The notes under the pieces were generated by a model, which had not been told where the DNA came from, searched no databases, and saw nothing but the letters and a program-made list of their open reading frames with translations. DNA of 63,744 nt, the filler included, from Choristocarpus tenellus KU-1152 (Eukaryota; Protista; Phaeophyceae): assembly GCA_964200185.2 (NCBI GenBank). It is 8 parts of 8 records of this genome, joined end to end, with 100 filler letters (N's around TTAATTAATTAA, not from the genome) between each part and the next. Parts side by side here need not be neighbours in the genome. Positions count along the whole stretch, not along the records: positions 12,802 to 29,018 come from CAXNAD020000859.1; 7 more parts are not named here. The stretch is one strand, 5' to 3'. Position numbers and translations under genes: made by a program. Below, one piece after another: positions 12,960 through 25,935 of this stretch (the stretch's first letter is position 1; each line of letters starts with the position of its first letter).

Positions 12960-13370
12960 TTCCTTTTTTCATATAACACAATTGTCAACAGAAAGAAACT
13001 CAAGAACCGCTTTTTGTCGTCTCTAGTATTTTTTGAGTCAAAGAATCTTAGAGGGTAGAGCCGCGTCCATTTGGGGGTCAAAATACAATGTTGTGATTTT
13101 GATGTAATTTTGGCTATCGTGTACCCTCTAAGATAGTTTCACTCCTTAAGAATACAAATGTCCAACAATTTCAGATTTTGTATCTCAAAAAATTGGAGGG
13201 TGCCATTTTTTTTTGACCTTTTGGTTTTGGAACGTTGGAAATCATTAATTATTATCAATTAAGTATGTCCTATTACCACCTTTGGCATGGATTCCCATTC
13301 AAAAATGGGCCCTTAAAAAGTGCTGCAACATTTACCAAAAAAAACATACCGGCACTTTCCGCGCACCATT
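12960..13370 (+). repeat. Dispersed repeat Y (copy 1) containing a 110-bp internally deleted MITE-A (13035-13144)
   Basis: Closely similar to the reverse complement of ~56395-56825, including the same short MITE at the same position. Confidence 0.85.
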
Positions 13371-16300
13371 TTGGGAAAAATCCATCCTCCATTATCGCGA
13401 TCCACTGTTCACAGCAGAGGTTAGATTGGAGGTGGCTACTAGGGTGGAGACTACAAGTCCGTAGTCCTGCAGTTTGCTCAATTTGAAATCAAAAAGGACG
13501 TTTTGGATGGTGCATTGATGATGCAAGGACATTTACGAACTTGGTCTTCTTCACTACCCTCTTCTAGAACCGTGAATCAGGGTTTCCCGCTTGGGGAGTC
13601 ATTGTGAGAGGACCTGTCCCTGGGTTGATCCAATGAGCCTCCATGGGTGCTGTCTACCAAATTAGTCGTCAAAATATCAGATGAAACACTGGTTTCCAGG
13701 TTGGAGTTTTCATGGAGAGTGGTGCTGATACACTACAGACACCACCTGTGGAGTAGACAATATGATGCACACCCACTGTGAACCATAAACATATATTCAT
13801 AGATATTTTTGCTGTTTCTTGTTTGTTATCTTAAAGGGGAGCAGGATCCCTCTGTAACTCAAGTGTATATGTTGTCATTTCAACATGTCGTTCCATATGT
13901 CAATACTGGAAAGATGCCATGTTTTGTTTCGTGGAGGTCGGTTACGAGTTTAGTTTTTGACGTTAGGAGGGACACATGTATGTGTTGGTAATTATCTTAG
14001 TTGGTTCTTGTGTGATGACGACCTAAAGTGCATACACACAGCCATAGCCACACCGAATTGTATTGTTCCTTCTATTACACTGGCCAAGGAAAAACGAGAG
14101 GGTGAATGTTTCCTATTTTTATCACTTTCCTACCCAACCATTCTCTCTGTCCATACTCCACCCCTAGTTGGGTAAGCTGTCGGATGAGCATGAGGCATCT
14201 GGCAACCTCTTGTACTGCATAACGCATGTTTCATAGGCATGTAGGCTCCTTTTCCCCACATGGATGTACACTTATGTCTGCATGCAACTATCGTATACAT
14301 TTCACGTAATTAGTTCCCTGCAACTAGCCTCGTTGAGAGCGAGAACACAGTCCTCTAAATGATGTGACCTCACAATCCTCTTGCCACCTCCATCCACCTA
14401 ACCAAAGGATCTCCTAGACATACCTGAGACATAATGTTGACAATACTACTACCAGGAGTGAGATGGCAGATAGGTAACAAATGCCACCTACAATGAAGAA
14501 CAAAAAACATGTAACAAAAAAGCGTGTAAGAAAATTCTTTACACCAAAAAATAAAACCTTTGCGCCATCCATCTTCTGTGCATTAAATTGATACCCTCTC
14601 CTCACTCTGCACTACCTCCCACCCTCACGTCCCACCCAGTCCCCACCCCCATCTTCTCGACCTTCCCGTGCCCCATTGGGAAGACTCCTTCCCACACTCC
14701 AACCACCCTGAGGAAAATGCTGCATGTTTGAATGATATTCCCAGCCCGCAATGTTATTCCCACTTCCTCCCCTCTGGAGTCCTGCAGCACTAGGCACAGG
14801 AACAGACCCTTGCCCTGGTGCTAGTCCTAACACTGATACTGTCCCTCCTCTCCCCACTCCTACTCCAGTAGGGTGGGAGGTTATTCCAGGCGACTGCCTT
14901 GACGATAAACCTTGCAGTGGTGGTGTCAGCCTAAGGTGGTGAGCGGTGGCAGGGTGCCATGTACTGGGAAGAGACTGTGCCTCAGCCTGTTTGTATAGGT
15001 ACACCATGAACCAATTCAAGACACAGAAAGGACACAAGTTGCATGAGACAAGAGCTTGTGAGAGGAATAGGGAAACAAAACAGTGCGGAACATGCACTGC
15101 ATGAAGAAGATGCTCACTCCCCACACCGTACATATGCTAGCCTACGCAGTAGAATAACCTCTGCTAAACCATGTTCAATGGAAGTGTTGATAGTTTTGAC
15201 CCAGATATTCATTGATGGCATTATCTTGAACAACTCATATTTTGTTACGGGAGAACAACGGCATCATGCCCCTGCACTTTCCCTTTGGATCATCCCAATC
15301 CTCTATCCCTCAAGTATGTATAATCTAACAAGAAATTGCACTGAAAGCCTCTGGGGGTTCACACCTGCATGGCGGCTCGGGTTGACATAGTGGGAATCTG
15401 GGGTCCCATCCAGCGGGAGTCTCCTGACCCAAAGCCCAACCCTACCCACCTACAAAGGAGGAGCAAGACAGCAATAGAATAACAGGACAACATGGGTCTT
15501 GAGCTGACCAAAATCGGAAATGTAGAGGCCTTTATATGACCACAGAAGAAAGGACAACTAGTATCAACCTTTAGGCTGCTTGTGGTTAATTTACTGGTAT
15601 GATGTGAAGGGTCAGGATCCTACTGTGTTGGAGGAACTCTTCACTCTGATGAACTTTCATTACTATGGGCTGGGAGTTCCAGACAAGCATCGTAACTGCT
15701 TGGTAGTAAGCAGGTCTTCCTTACTAAATCCATCCATGGATACCTACTGTTGTAACTGAAAAATACTTCCTGTGGTCAAATCCTTGCTATCACATTGGTT
15801 TGCGATACACTTCCAAAAAACAGTAACAAAAGTCTACCCCTAAGCTCCTACAAATTGCCCCCTCCCAATATACTGCACAGTACAATATTGAGACTCTGTT
15901 GCTCGTTTTCTGCTCACTGAGACCATCTGACTCTAGCAGGTTCTTGCAGTTTGGACATGGCTTGTATTGGGGATTACTTTTTCACTTGGAAGTCTTGTAG
16001 TGACAGCCTTGACATGAGGTGTATCCTTCACACGTCAGACAAATTAAACCTGATATGTGGTGTTACAAACCAATTTCCGACAAATCAATGGCAGTTCCTG
16101 GCTTAAACCTGAGCTATGCATCTTTTTCAAAAGTGCAGGCAAACTCCCACCTCTACCCCACCCATCCACCAGCAATGGTTGGGACACTTCCTCACAATCC
16201 AAAGATTTAGGAGTTTACTTGTATATTCATGGATCCCAATCCTTTGTACCGTTTCATCTTTCTGAGAGTGGTGTGGGTCAAATCTTCCTACAACATGGTC

Positions 16301-18653
16301 AGATGTTGACCAATCAACACACTGTGATTCGTACAACTTGTGCTCTTAAGCACAAATCATTTTGGAGGGATTCAAATCAATGTATTCGTACCAGGGAACC
16401 GTTCGCACATGTTTCACAGAAAGGGGACTGGCCCAGACTAACGCTTGCGCACGTTTCATAGATTGAAGAGTGGTGCGACAATTACTTGTACATGTTTTTC
16501 ACACAGGAGGAGTGATGTATCGATATGCAATACACGAGCACCAATATACAGGTAAATGTTTTCCCACATAAAAAACTTAAGGGTGACCACAACAGGTATC
16601 GAACCTGGGAAACATGTCACACTGGAGGCATAAGATCTACTGGGGCTGCCACAATGAGACATGCAATATCTCATCCTGTTGATTCTCTTGCGTATACTAT
16701 TCTACACACTTCTCAGGCCAATCGCAGCTGACAATTTCTAGACTCTCCTGCTCTTCCTCTACTCTATGCAGCGTAGGGGATATTTCATCTGCAACTTGCA
16801 CTTCTGTATACAAGAAGTGCATTTACTACAAACAAGCACGTTGATGGAATAACAGTATTAAAACACATAAGAAGCAAGGTGATGAGCAGTGAGCAGACTT
16901 AACAGACTGAAGATCAGGTGAAGTGTGGACCCAGTGCAATACGCAGCTAAAAAATCTTGCGTGAGAGACACATGCCATTGGCAGGGGCACGCTCTTGAGT
17001 TAGAGACTTGGCACCAGTAACATTAATAGAGGTGTGACACAGTGAGCATGCACAGCATGGAGGAGAATGCACAACTGTCGTAAGTTAGATGTGACTAGAG
17101 CTGGCTCATTTTCAGAGTGTTCTTGTGGCTCACTGATTAGTGGAAGCAGTTGCTGAAGTAAACTGCGTGGCTTCTCGAACCCCATGATCACAAGACTTCT
17201 TTTTTACACAAATCTGGTTTTGATTGTCCAAAGTCTGCATGATGACCACTACGGATTGTACACATGTTTCACAGTGTCACAAAGAATGCTAGGACAACAA
17301 TGAGGAGGCAGCAAAGGCTTCATTGCCAAGTCACACTAACATAGGTCTAGCCGAAGGCTTGAGGGAGGAGGGAGAGCAAAAGCGGGATAGTCAAAACCAA
17401 CGTGCAAGAACTAAGGCATGAATGGAAGTCATACAATTAGTCGTAGTGCAGTGTGGGTGTGGTGGACCTGACCACTGATCGGGATATGTCCCCAACCTAC
17501 AGTGAAGATATAAAAGATCCAAGAATCTATCTCTAGACGCAAATCAGTGTATGTACCTGTAGCTATCATATTACTGCCCCTTCCCTTCAAACCTGTAGTA
17601 GTCTATTTGCTCCACAACCTTTTTTCTCTGGAACTAATTGAGATCTTGACATAGCAACTTCGTTTTTCTTTAGGATAAGATTTTCATGAAAACAAAGGCT
17701 AGTGTGGAAGGGGTTCAAACCCTTGAAATTAATACAGGAAACATCCAAATGATTCTGTTCTGGGAAAGGGAATATACCTTGCAGTTCACTGTCGTGAAAT
17801 TGAGGGTGCAACTACCATGGCAGGGTGAGTTACGTACCTGCAGTGCCTATAATTGTGAGTCTAAAACTGTGTGATAAGAGCTCAAACTGCGCTCCATCTC
17901 ACCCCCAAATGGCCGTTTTGCCACAACTATAGGTAGCTAATGCTAGATGCAAAGTGGTGAATATATCTGTAACTGTCACCATACCGTCTTCATTTCCTTC
18001 CACCTGTCTGTGACATCATTCCGCCCTATTTTTATCTCTCAACATACTCTTAAGGGATTGTAATACAACTATATCTTTCTAGTGCTGGAAAGATACGTAT
18101 GTATCTACCTATCCATATGGACAGACGGATAGGATTCACTCCGTTTTACACTAAATATGTACATAAGTGGTGTCCAGAGTCCATGTGTGGGGTATGTCAC
18201 AGAACTATCCTAGCAAAGGAATGTTGAGGCTACTGCGGGATGAAGGTCACAATATAGGCCCTGCTCTGATCTCCTTTTGAATCATGACATGCTTCTAGAA
18301 ATTCTCTGACTGCAAGGCAGAAGTCTGATGAAAAGCAGAGCTCGTACTAAAAAGTATCCAATGCTAACAACGAGACAGGAAACGATCAGTGGTACACATA
18401 CATATGTAGCGTACCTAGTGCATCTTTTTCATTGTACATATGTTGTAAGTAGAGAGAGTGGTATGGTAATAAGCACACATACAAACTCAGTACCCCAAGT
18501 ACACACTAATGTTTGCATGCTCAAGCCCATATAAAAAAAATGCAAGTATACACTTTGTACAAACCCTCATTTTTGACAGAAAAAATGGAATAAGAGAGGC
18601 CTGGATTGAAAGCATATATGCATGGAAAGCATACATAGTAGAAGTCCACTTAC

Positions 18654-19354
18654 CCCCCTGATGTATACCCTCCCCCTCCTCTGTCTTGCTGTACCCCCCA
18701 GGCATCCACTTGTTCCACCGGCCTCCAGCCTCCTGTGTTGACCCAGGGTGATACGTACCCAGGACCTATACCAGCCCCAACTCCCCAAGCTCCTGCCGGA
18801 TGCCTGCTCTGCCAGTTGAGATCAGGTTGGATCAAGTGTTGTGGCACCTCACCTGCACTCCAACCTACCCCCCCCCCAGAACTCCTGGCTTGATTGCTTC
18901 CACCAGAAGCTGAATCTCCAACGGCAACCCCAAAACTGCCACCGCTGAGCCTGAATCCGTTGCTATTTGACCCCACAATGCTACTGTTGCTGTCAACATC
19001 CCTGCTACCTCTATTGCTGCCACCATTGCCCTCACCTCCACCAATGCCCACCTCTTCCCCAACTGTTCCTCCAGATCTGGTTGTGTAGCCAGTGCTGTCC
19101 TGTATGACAACGCCCCCATCCCCCCAGCCAGGACCCCTCATCCCTAACACTCCTCCAGGAGCTGCTATCCTCCCCATGTTTATCATACTAATGCCACTGC
19201 CCATAGCCCCCTCTGCTGACCACCCCACTGTTCCAGTGGAGCTCATAGTTCCACCCAATGCCCCAATGCCTCCACCCATACCAGTGTTGCCATTGAAAGT
19301 TCCTACGGTATTGCCTCCACCTAAGTGCAAAACAGCTTGATGTGCCAAATGAGG
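18654..19354 (-). CDS. Probable Gly-rich low-complexity exon of an unidentified gene
   Basis: Stop-free for ~233 codons (PHLAHQAVLHLGGGNTVG...GGGGYTSG), bounded by acceptor TTTGCGACAG and donor GTAAGT. Confidence 0.45.
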
Positions 19355-19891
19355 CTGTCGCAAAGAATTATTGGATTGAGAGTGCCAAACACAAAAGGCA
19401 GGGCTGCCCCCATTGGGACTGAAGGAGGGCGGCCTTGCAGACAGAGAGCAAGTATTCACAGGGGTTTAAACAAAGATAAGCTAGCTAGAATAGGGTTGTC
19501 AACGCTTGTTTGTGGAGTCAGGGCGATCATATTTGGTGAGTTACGTGAAAATTGTTAGGTTGTCATTCAAAAGCAGGTCTTGTTAATGATCACACTATGG
19601 GATGGTTTGTAATGTGTGAACCACCTCTTGATTGCTATGTCATTCAGCATCAGTTTCATCCTTGTGCTACCTTCAAAGTCTTAAGGTTTATCATTCCTAT
19701 AATGTAATGTAGGCCCAGATCAGGATTATCATACATATGCTGGCATTGGTACGACTTGGTGTTTCTTGACCACCTTGGGTGCATCCCCCAAGTGGTCACT
19801 CTTGATAAAAAACTTAAGCCAGTCAAGCATATACTGCAAATTTTTTGAGGGGAGAATCCTTATATCAGTAGATTGAATTTTGATACACTAT

Positions 19892-20136
19892 GGCTAAAAG
19901 TATCTGGGGGGGGGGGGGGGGTTACCCCGGNNNNNNNNNNTATATTATAAATATCTGATAAAAAATGTTTTGGGGGGGGGGGGGGGGTCTACGCCAGGGT
20001 GTCGAGTCGGGCCCTGCCCAGGAAAAGTGCACTTACATATCCATCCGATGCATGCAACCAAATCGCACAAAATCGCGACATGGAAAAATGGCCCTGAATT
20101 GACATCTGTCACCCCCTCCCCCAGATACTTCGAGCC
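19892..20136. mobile_element. MITE family B copy (or two partial copies) spanning a 10-N gap
   Basis: GGCTAAAAGTATCTG(n) ... CCCCCAGATACTTCGAGCC; internal sequence matches 59154-59333. Confidence 0.75.
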
Positions 20137-20199
20137 TGTCTATAACTCAATTCAATTCTACAGACTTAACCATAGGATTGAGTGTGGGGTGCTAAGCCA

Positions 20200-21400
20200 T
20201 AGCATCAGCATGATGAGGGGTTGACTGTGGTCATGAGGGCTTGGTTGGAACTAAATCATGAGCAACCAAGAAGATATCAACACGACAAGATTGAAGGACC
20301 GGTGCATCTGTCAGGAAGTGAAGCTGACCTCAGCATACTCTGGGTAGGCGCACACTGAGGGGAAGGATCTAAATGTGGGAGGATATGCTGAACTACCATA
20401 TCACATCAATGTCCTCAATTTAAGCTCCTTGATGGAGAAGGCACAAGCACACCACAGCGAGAGGGACCTACATGAGAAGATGTTAGTCAAGAAAAATTGC
20501 AGGGCCCGAGGGTCAGTTGAGCCAACGTTAAACAACCATGAAGATGGTTACTTCAAAGCCTTAATGCAAGTTGTTTTGAAACATTGGTGGTGAGAAGCCA
20601 CTGAGGAGCAGAAAGTGATGCTCTTGAAAAGTTGGCAAGGAGTCAGAGACCAATCATGTCCTAGACATGGCATGGGAGAGGTTAAGACAAAGTTGAATGA
20701 TCTTGCCAAGATGGGAGCACAGCCACTGCCTGCAATAGGGTGTATCTTGTGAGAGAGGCTGAAGAGAACTAAACAGATGGATGACTGTCAGCTGAACAGG
20801 ATCGTCTATCTCGATGTTGGGGAGGAGACCAAAAGGTGGCAAACTGAAGCAATCAAGTTGTAGTCTGGGGTAATCCTTGCTGGGTTACAGCCTATGAAAT
20901 TCAGAGACCAGGTACTTGGGAGAGGTTAAATAGCATCCTGACATTAAAAGGAACTGATGAAGTCTTTGACCTCCTGCTTAGAGAAGCTGAGAACTTTCGT
21001 ACTGTCAAGTGTGCTACGAAATCCCAATCTAAGCATGGCAAGTTTTGGTCAGCCCAAGAGTCAGGTGCATCCGGGCCAAAGGTTCTAGTGTGACACAGGG
21101 TGGCAGGGATTAGTGACAGAGCTAGACATCTAGTAAATACTTTCCAGTCTGCTCAAGAGTTGCTCAGTTCACCTGGGACCAGGTAGGATGATGTCACAGT
21201 GGTACAATGCATAAGTGCAAGTACCATTAACATGACTGCATGAATGGGGTAACAACTGGTTGATCCTGATAAAATTTTAGTTGTTGGCTTTAGCAGGTCC
21301 CAGATGCTATGGTGCAGACGGAGGAGGAAGTATGTTGGTGTGGTGCCGCAGTTGAGGTCTTCCTCTAACAAGGCCATGAAACCGGTATGCCTCTGGGTGG
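20200..21400 (-). mobile_element. Highly degenerate relic, possibly a DIRS/tyrosine-recombinase retroelement
   Basis: Weak motifs only: SSYLVPGELSNS*AD (RNase H end-like) and a frameshifted SLRCG..LHQGA (YR box II-like). Confidence 0.25.
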
Positions 21401-21669
21401 ATTGGATTGTCTGTGTAAGGCGATAAATGATACTTTCTCTGTTCAGAATTAAATGTTAGACAACATTTTCAGCCCCGATGAAGAAGCAAGATTCTTTTTC
21501 ACATGTTAATATTTTATGGGTGTATTGTGCAGATACTAAAAGGTTGCCCACCAAAATCTCAACAAAAATGGGGCAGCCTACCTACACCTATCTATGATTC
21601 CGCCCCTGAAGCACTCCAATACTTCATTCCAGTATGGTATTTTGATGCACCCACCAGGGCATTCGGGGG

Positions 21670-22422
21670 GAGCTTGTCCACCTTCTCAGCCTTTTCCTTC
21701 CTAAGAAGGGGAATTTTGAAGATGTTGTCATCCTCAGACCCCCGCACTTCACAGTAGACTTCGAAGAGGTTCTGCCAGACCCTCTAGTGTCTCCCGAGGG
21801 TACATATCAAACGCCTCCATTGTGGCCTCCACCAGCTCCTCTCTGTTGGTCACCCCCACATCTTCCTTCGGTTGCTGGATGGAACAAAAAAAAGAATCCC
21901 AGATCGTTGACGTTGGTTAAGGTCAGGTGACTTGACTGGGGTGACTGGGTCGATATGACAATGTCATCCCCTGCCGCCTCCTTGATTGCCTCCATGATCC
22001 CCCCCTTGGTGTGTGGCTTTGCCCTGTCCTGCTGCATGAAGTTGGTGTGTCAATCCGGCCTTGACATGTGGGCCTTGATAGTGGGGATGACATCTTTCCA
22101 ATATGAGCTTCTTATACCTCTTCCTGTCCACTGTGGCTTGCAAAACAACCTTGGTGCCCTTGGGGCGGTGTTTGCTGGAGTGTTGAGCGATTTTAGTGTC
22201 CATGATTGACCAGATCCCGAAGTTCCCATCATAACACACCACTTCGGGGAGTTTCCTAGGCCACGCCACAGCTGCAAGGTACACCACCTTTGTAATGTAA
22301 CGCTTATTCTGTACCCGTGAGAGTTTAGGGGGGTCCTCAGTGGGGTGCAGGTACACACCTAGCCCATCTTTGAGGATGTAAAATCACTTCTCGTACACAA
22401 ACATTCTGTCATACAAATCATC
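21670..22422 (-). pseudogene. Tc1/mariner transposase pseudogene (plant/stramenopile DD39D-like group)
   Basis: VQNKRYITKVVYLAAVAWPR..DGNFGIWS..SSKHRPKGT..KDVIPTIKAHM..MQQDRAKPH..QSPQSS..NVNDLGFF..DNIFKIP; frameshifts and stops. Confidence 0.9.
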
Positions 22423-22562
22423 CACTAAAAACACCACTCCCCCCCCTCCTGTGAGTGTGGCCAATGACGAAACCCACCCTGTTGATTTTCTGCTGGTCTG
22501 AAAGGACTGGCGTAATCCACCGCTCGACCTTCATCTTCTAGTACTTGCACAGATCTCACAGT

Positions 22563-22827
22563 GAGCCGAAGTATCTTAGAGGGTAGATCTGCTGCGTCCA
22601 TTTGGGGGCTAATATCCAATGTTGCGATTTGATGTAATTTTTGCTATCATGTTTGTTAGGAAGTGTCAATATCCATGTTCGGGACACACCTTTTCATAAC
22701 GTAAACATTTTTTTTACCCGCTCCTAAAAATTTTGGAATAGGTAAATGTCACAAAAAACCCCATGGGAAGTCAAGTCTCAAATGGACAAACAGGGAAAAA
22801 CTTGTTCCCTCTAACATACTTTCACTC
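22563..22827 (+). mobile_element. MITE family A, full length
   Basis: GAGCCGAAGTATCTTAGAGGGTAG...CCCTCTAACATACTTTCACTC; TSD not preserved. Confidence 0.88.
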
Positions 22828-23329
22828 AACAAGTCAAGGGAGATCCCAGCTTTGACCGCCTACTTGTACGGCAACCACATCGCCCCTTGCAGTGTTACAC
22901 AAGATACAAGCATTCACCCCGTGCGATCCGGGTGCCATACTCCTTCAGATGATGGAACACAGTGATTTGGAAAATTACAAAGTCCTCCGATATGGCTACC
23001 AACGTCCCACGAGGTATCTACATCTCATGGCCTATTGCCTCCAGGTTGCGCCACCACACTGTTCTTTGAGTGCTTGAGTCCTGACCCTGGGACAGACTTC
23101 TGGGCCTACGAATTGAGACCAACGGGCAACAACGGATGAATGAGCTGCTCAAATGATGGACCTTTGTCCTAGGCATCCCACTAAACACCCACTCTGACAG
23201 TTTCATGAGGTTTTTGAACCCTGTCAAATGCGACTTGGTCGACTTGCACTGGTGATCCTCCACAGTCATGACAGCCCACCATCTCAAGCTTTACACCCCT
23301 CCCAATCTATATGAGAACTAAGCCTCGTC

Positions 23330-24560
23330 CACAAGGTTTATCATGCAGGTCATTCTGAGGTGAAAATGGGGCTTGCAAAAGTTATGTTACATTTACTTCC
23401 GAAAGGAGGAAGTAAGCATATTTTTGTTTCTTCATCTGGGCCATGACCCTCTACCTCATGCAATCTGTGAAGGTAGTATTGACAGCAAAGGCAAAACCTG
23501 AACCTGCCAACCCTTGATAGACCAACCTGACTGGCGGAATTGGCTGGGCAGTTTCAACGGTTTGCTGTGCCTATGGACCCAGACACCTCTGAACGTTCTT
23601 GTGGTTGTTTCAGTACTGAGGTACCATGGGGGGAGTAATATAGCAATATGGTGGTTAAGGACATGGCTCATGAGCATTGACGTTTGCGGAGTGGGAACTT
23701 TCTGCTGGTGACAAATGAGAGAAGTCACTGTTGACTAAGGACTTAGCAATATCAGTGCTTGCTGTTGGTTACAATGGATACTGTGGGGTGGCGCCCATAT
23801 GCCCATATGTTCTGCTACCACCGGTATCTGACTACATTTTCACGGACTCTTGTGAAATGACTTGTCCAAGGCTACAGCACAGCATCTCCTTCGCTGGGCC
23901 AGATTTCTAGGCCAGTAACAGTACACTAAATCACATAGCTGGTGAGGGAAACAGTTGGGGAGGTTTATCATCTCACTGGGTGGCTGTCCCTCCCCTGACC
24001 ATCCTGAGCATGAAAGGGACGCTCTCAGTGGCAGCAGGGGATGCCACCCTGAGATCACAGGCAACAATTCAAGCGGTGCAACAAGAATTCAGAGCAACCC
24101 AACCTTCCGGAGCAAGGTGATGAAGGGGAAACCATGAATCCTCGAGGGAAATGTCATGCTATGGAGATGGAATGATGTTCACTGGTGTGGGGGTGGTGTC
24201 AGCCCTTCTGTAGATCCCTGACGATAACCAGGAGGGAGAAGCTGGACATTGTGGCAAGGCTGAAACAAGGCAGCAACCTATTGAGCACTACACCCGGTCT
24301 TCTGCAGAGGCAGATGTTACCAAGTTTGTGCAGGACTGAGCACTGGCCAGGTTCTTAATATGACGATCTTAATATTGACAAAGCCTATCATCCTGGATAT
24401 GTGTAGGGCAGGGGCTGGGTAGGAAGAGCTTGTAGGCTGACTTGGACATGAGGAGGATCAGAGGTTGTGGAAACCTCTACCTTCTGTTCTGAAGGACGCC
24501 TGAGTGTACTTAAGGAAGCAGTCCAAGCTGAACCTCCACACCAAAGTGCACCTGACTATT
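23330..24560 (+). mobile_element. Chromodomain-bearing Ty3/gypsy pol relic with internal deletions
   Basis: RNase H remnants PDTSERSCG, AIS..CWLQWILWGG, HLLRWARFLGQ..HIAGEGNSWG (~23880-23960); chromodomain G*LGHEEDQRLWKPLPSVLKDA*VYLRKQ (~24435-24520). Confidence 0.75.
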
Positions 24561-25935
24561 TAATTTCGAAATTCGTTGAAATTTGAGCAGAGCCTAACTG
24601 GTTCTCTGCTTTCTGTTCAGTTTCTATTTGCATCAGGAGAGAAGTTTGTGTGACAGGCATCTTATTTTCCAACCACTTGCTACTTTGGATTGGTTGTGTG
24701 CTGGGCTTTGGGGGAGTTGAGACCCAGATCAAGGATTATGTGGTGTTTCTCGACCATCTTGGGTGCACCGCCCGAGAAGTCACTCTCGATAAACTTATAA
24801 AGCTATACATAGCATACTGCATGCCTATAACACAAACCTTGGGGGGAAGTACAAGAAAGTGCTTCCTCCTCCTCCTTGGTACCCCTCCCAACTACTGATT
24901 GAAAGAGTACGAAGGTAGTGCAACCAACACTTCTAAAAAAAGATTGAGGAAAACTCTCTCCCTGTTTCCCTCCCCCTCACTCCCAACCTCGTTGTGAAGG
25001 CACCAAATGGGGCAACCAAGAGAAGCAAGAGTGACAAAGGGAGGTGGGGAGATGGAACAAAAATGAGATATCCTCACCTGTTACAGCCCAGGACTTGGCA
25101 GTAAGGGTACGAGGACTTGGTAGAACTACCATTCTCTGTGTCTTCCACAGATGAAGATCCATTTTCCACAGCTGAAGTTGCAGGAGTTGAGTAACTACTA
25201 GTATTAAGCTCTCCTTCGGGTCTGAGTGCCCTGTGATTAGCATTGTCTCCACCATTGCTGCCCCGAGCATTGTTACTACCAGCATTGCTCCCAAAGTGAC
25301 CGATGCTGCTATCATCCTCTCTATTTCCACCCCTGTGAGGAAGGAAAAAATTGGGCCATTAAAAGGCGTAGGAAAGTGTTTTCATTGAAGAGTCAAATTG
25401 ATAAGGGGAAAGAAGCAACTGAAGCGATGCATGGTAGGAGTGTTGATGTGTGCACAAGATAAAGCTTAAAATGTTTCTTTTTGAAGCCTCTCTCTCCCTT
25501 AACAACGCTGTCCTTATCATCGAGACTCAAACCATCTTACGTTAATTATGCGGGATCACATGCCTTAAACACACATACTTCAAGCATATTGGATTTACTC
25601 CGATATCCACATAAATGTGCGCAGGTCGCATGAGGAGCAGGCACTTTACACGCACACAATATTATCATGCGCACTTGGTATCAATACACCAGAAAAGAAC
25701 AGAAAAACAGGGTTGGCTTCCACACTGTCAGATGCATTTAAACATGTGGAATGTCAAAATATGTACTACCTTAAGCAAGCTTTCTTATTTCTCATACACA
25801 TATTTACACATTCAATATCTTAGCTCAAAACTCCAGATCAACCCTAACTCTTCAAAAATAATCCAAACAAGTTGGGTTTAGTCGCACAAACCCAGCCCCT
25901 CTCCTTAAACCTTGCCTCTTCCCCTCCCCCTCAAT

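Noticed and set aside
13960-14420. Possible solo LTR (CGTTAGGA...TCCTAGACA)
   Set aside because: No TG start, no TSD and no second copy in the window.
18894-19340. Pro-rich plus-strand ORFs
   Set aside because: Antisense shadow of the Gly-rich minus-strand exon; interrupted by a stop codon.
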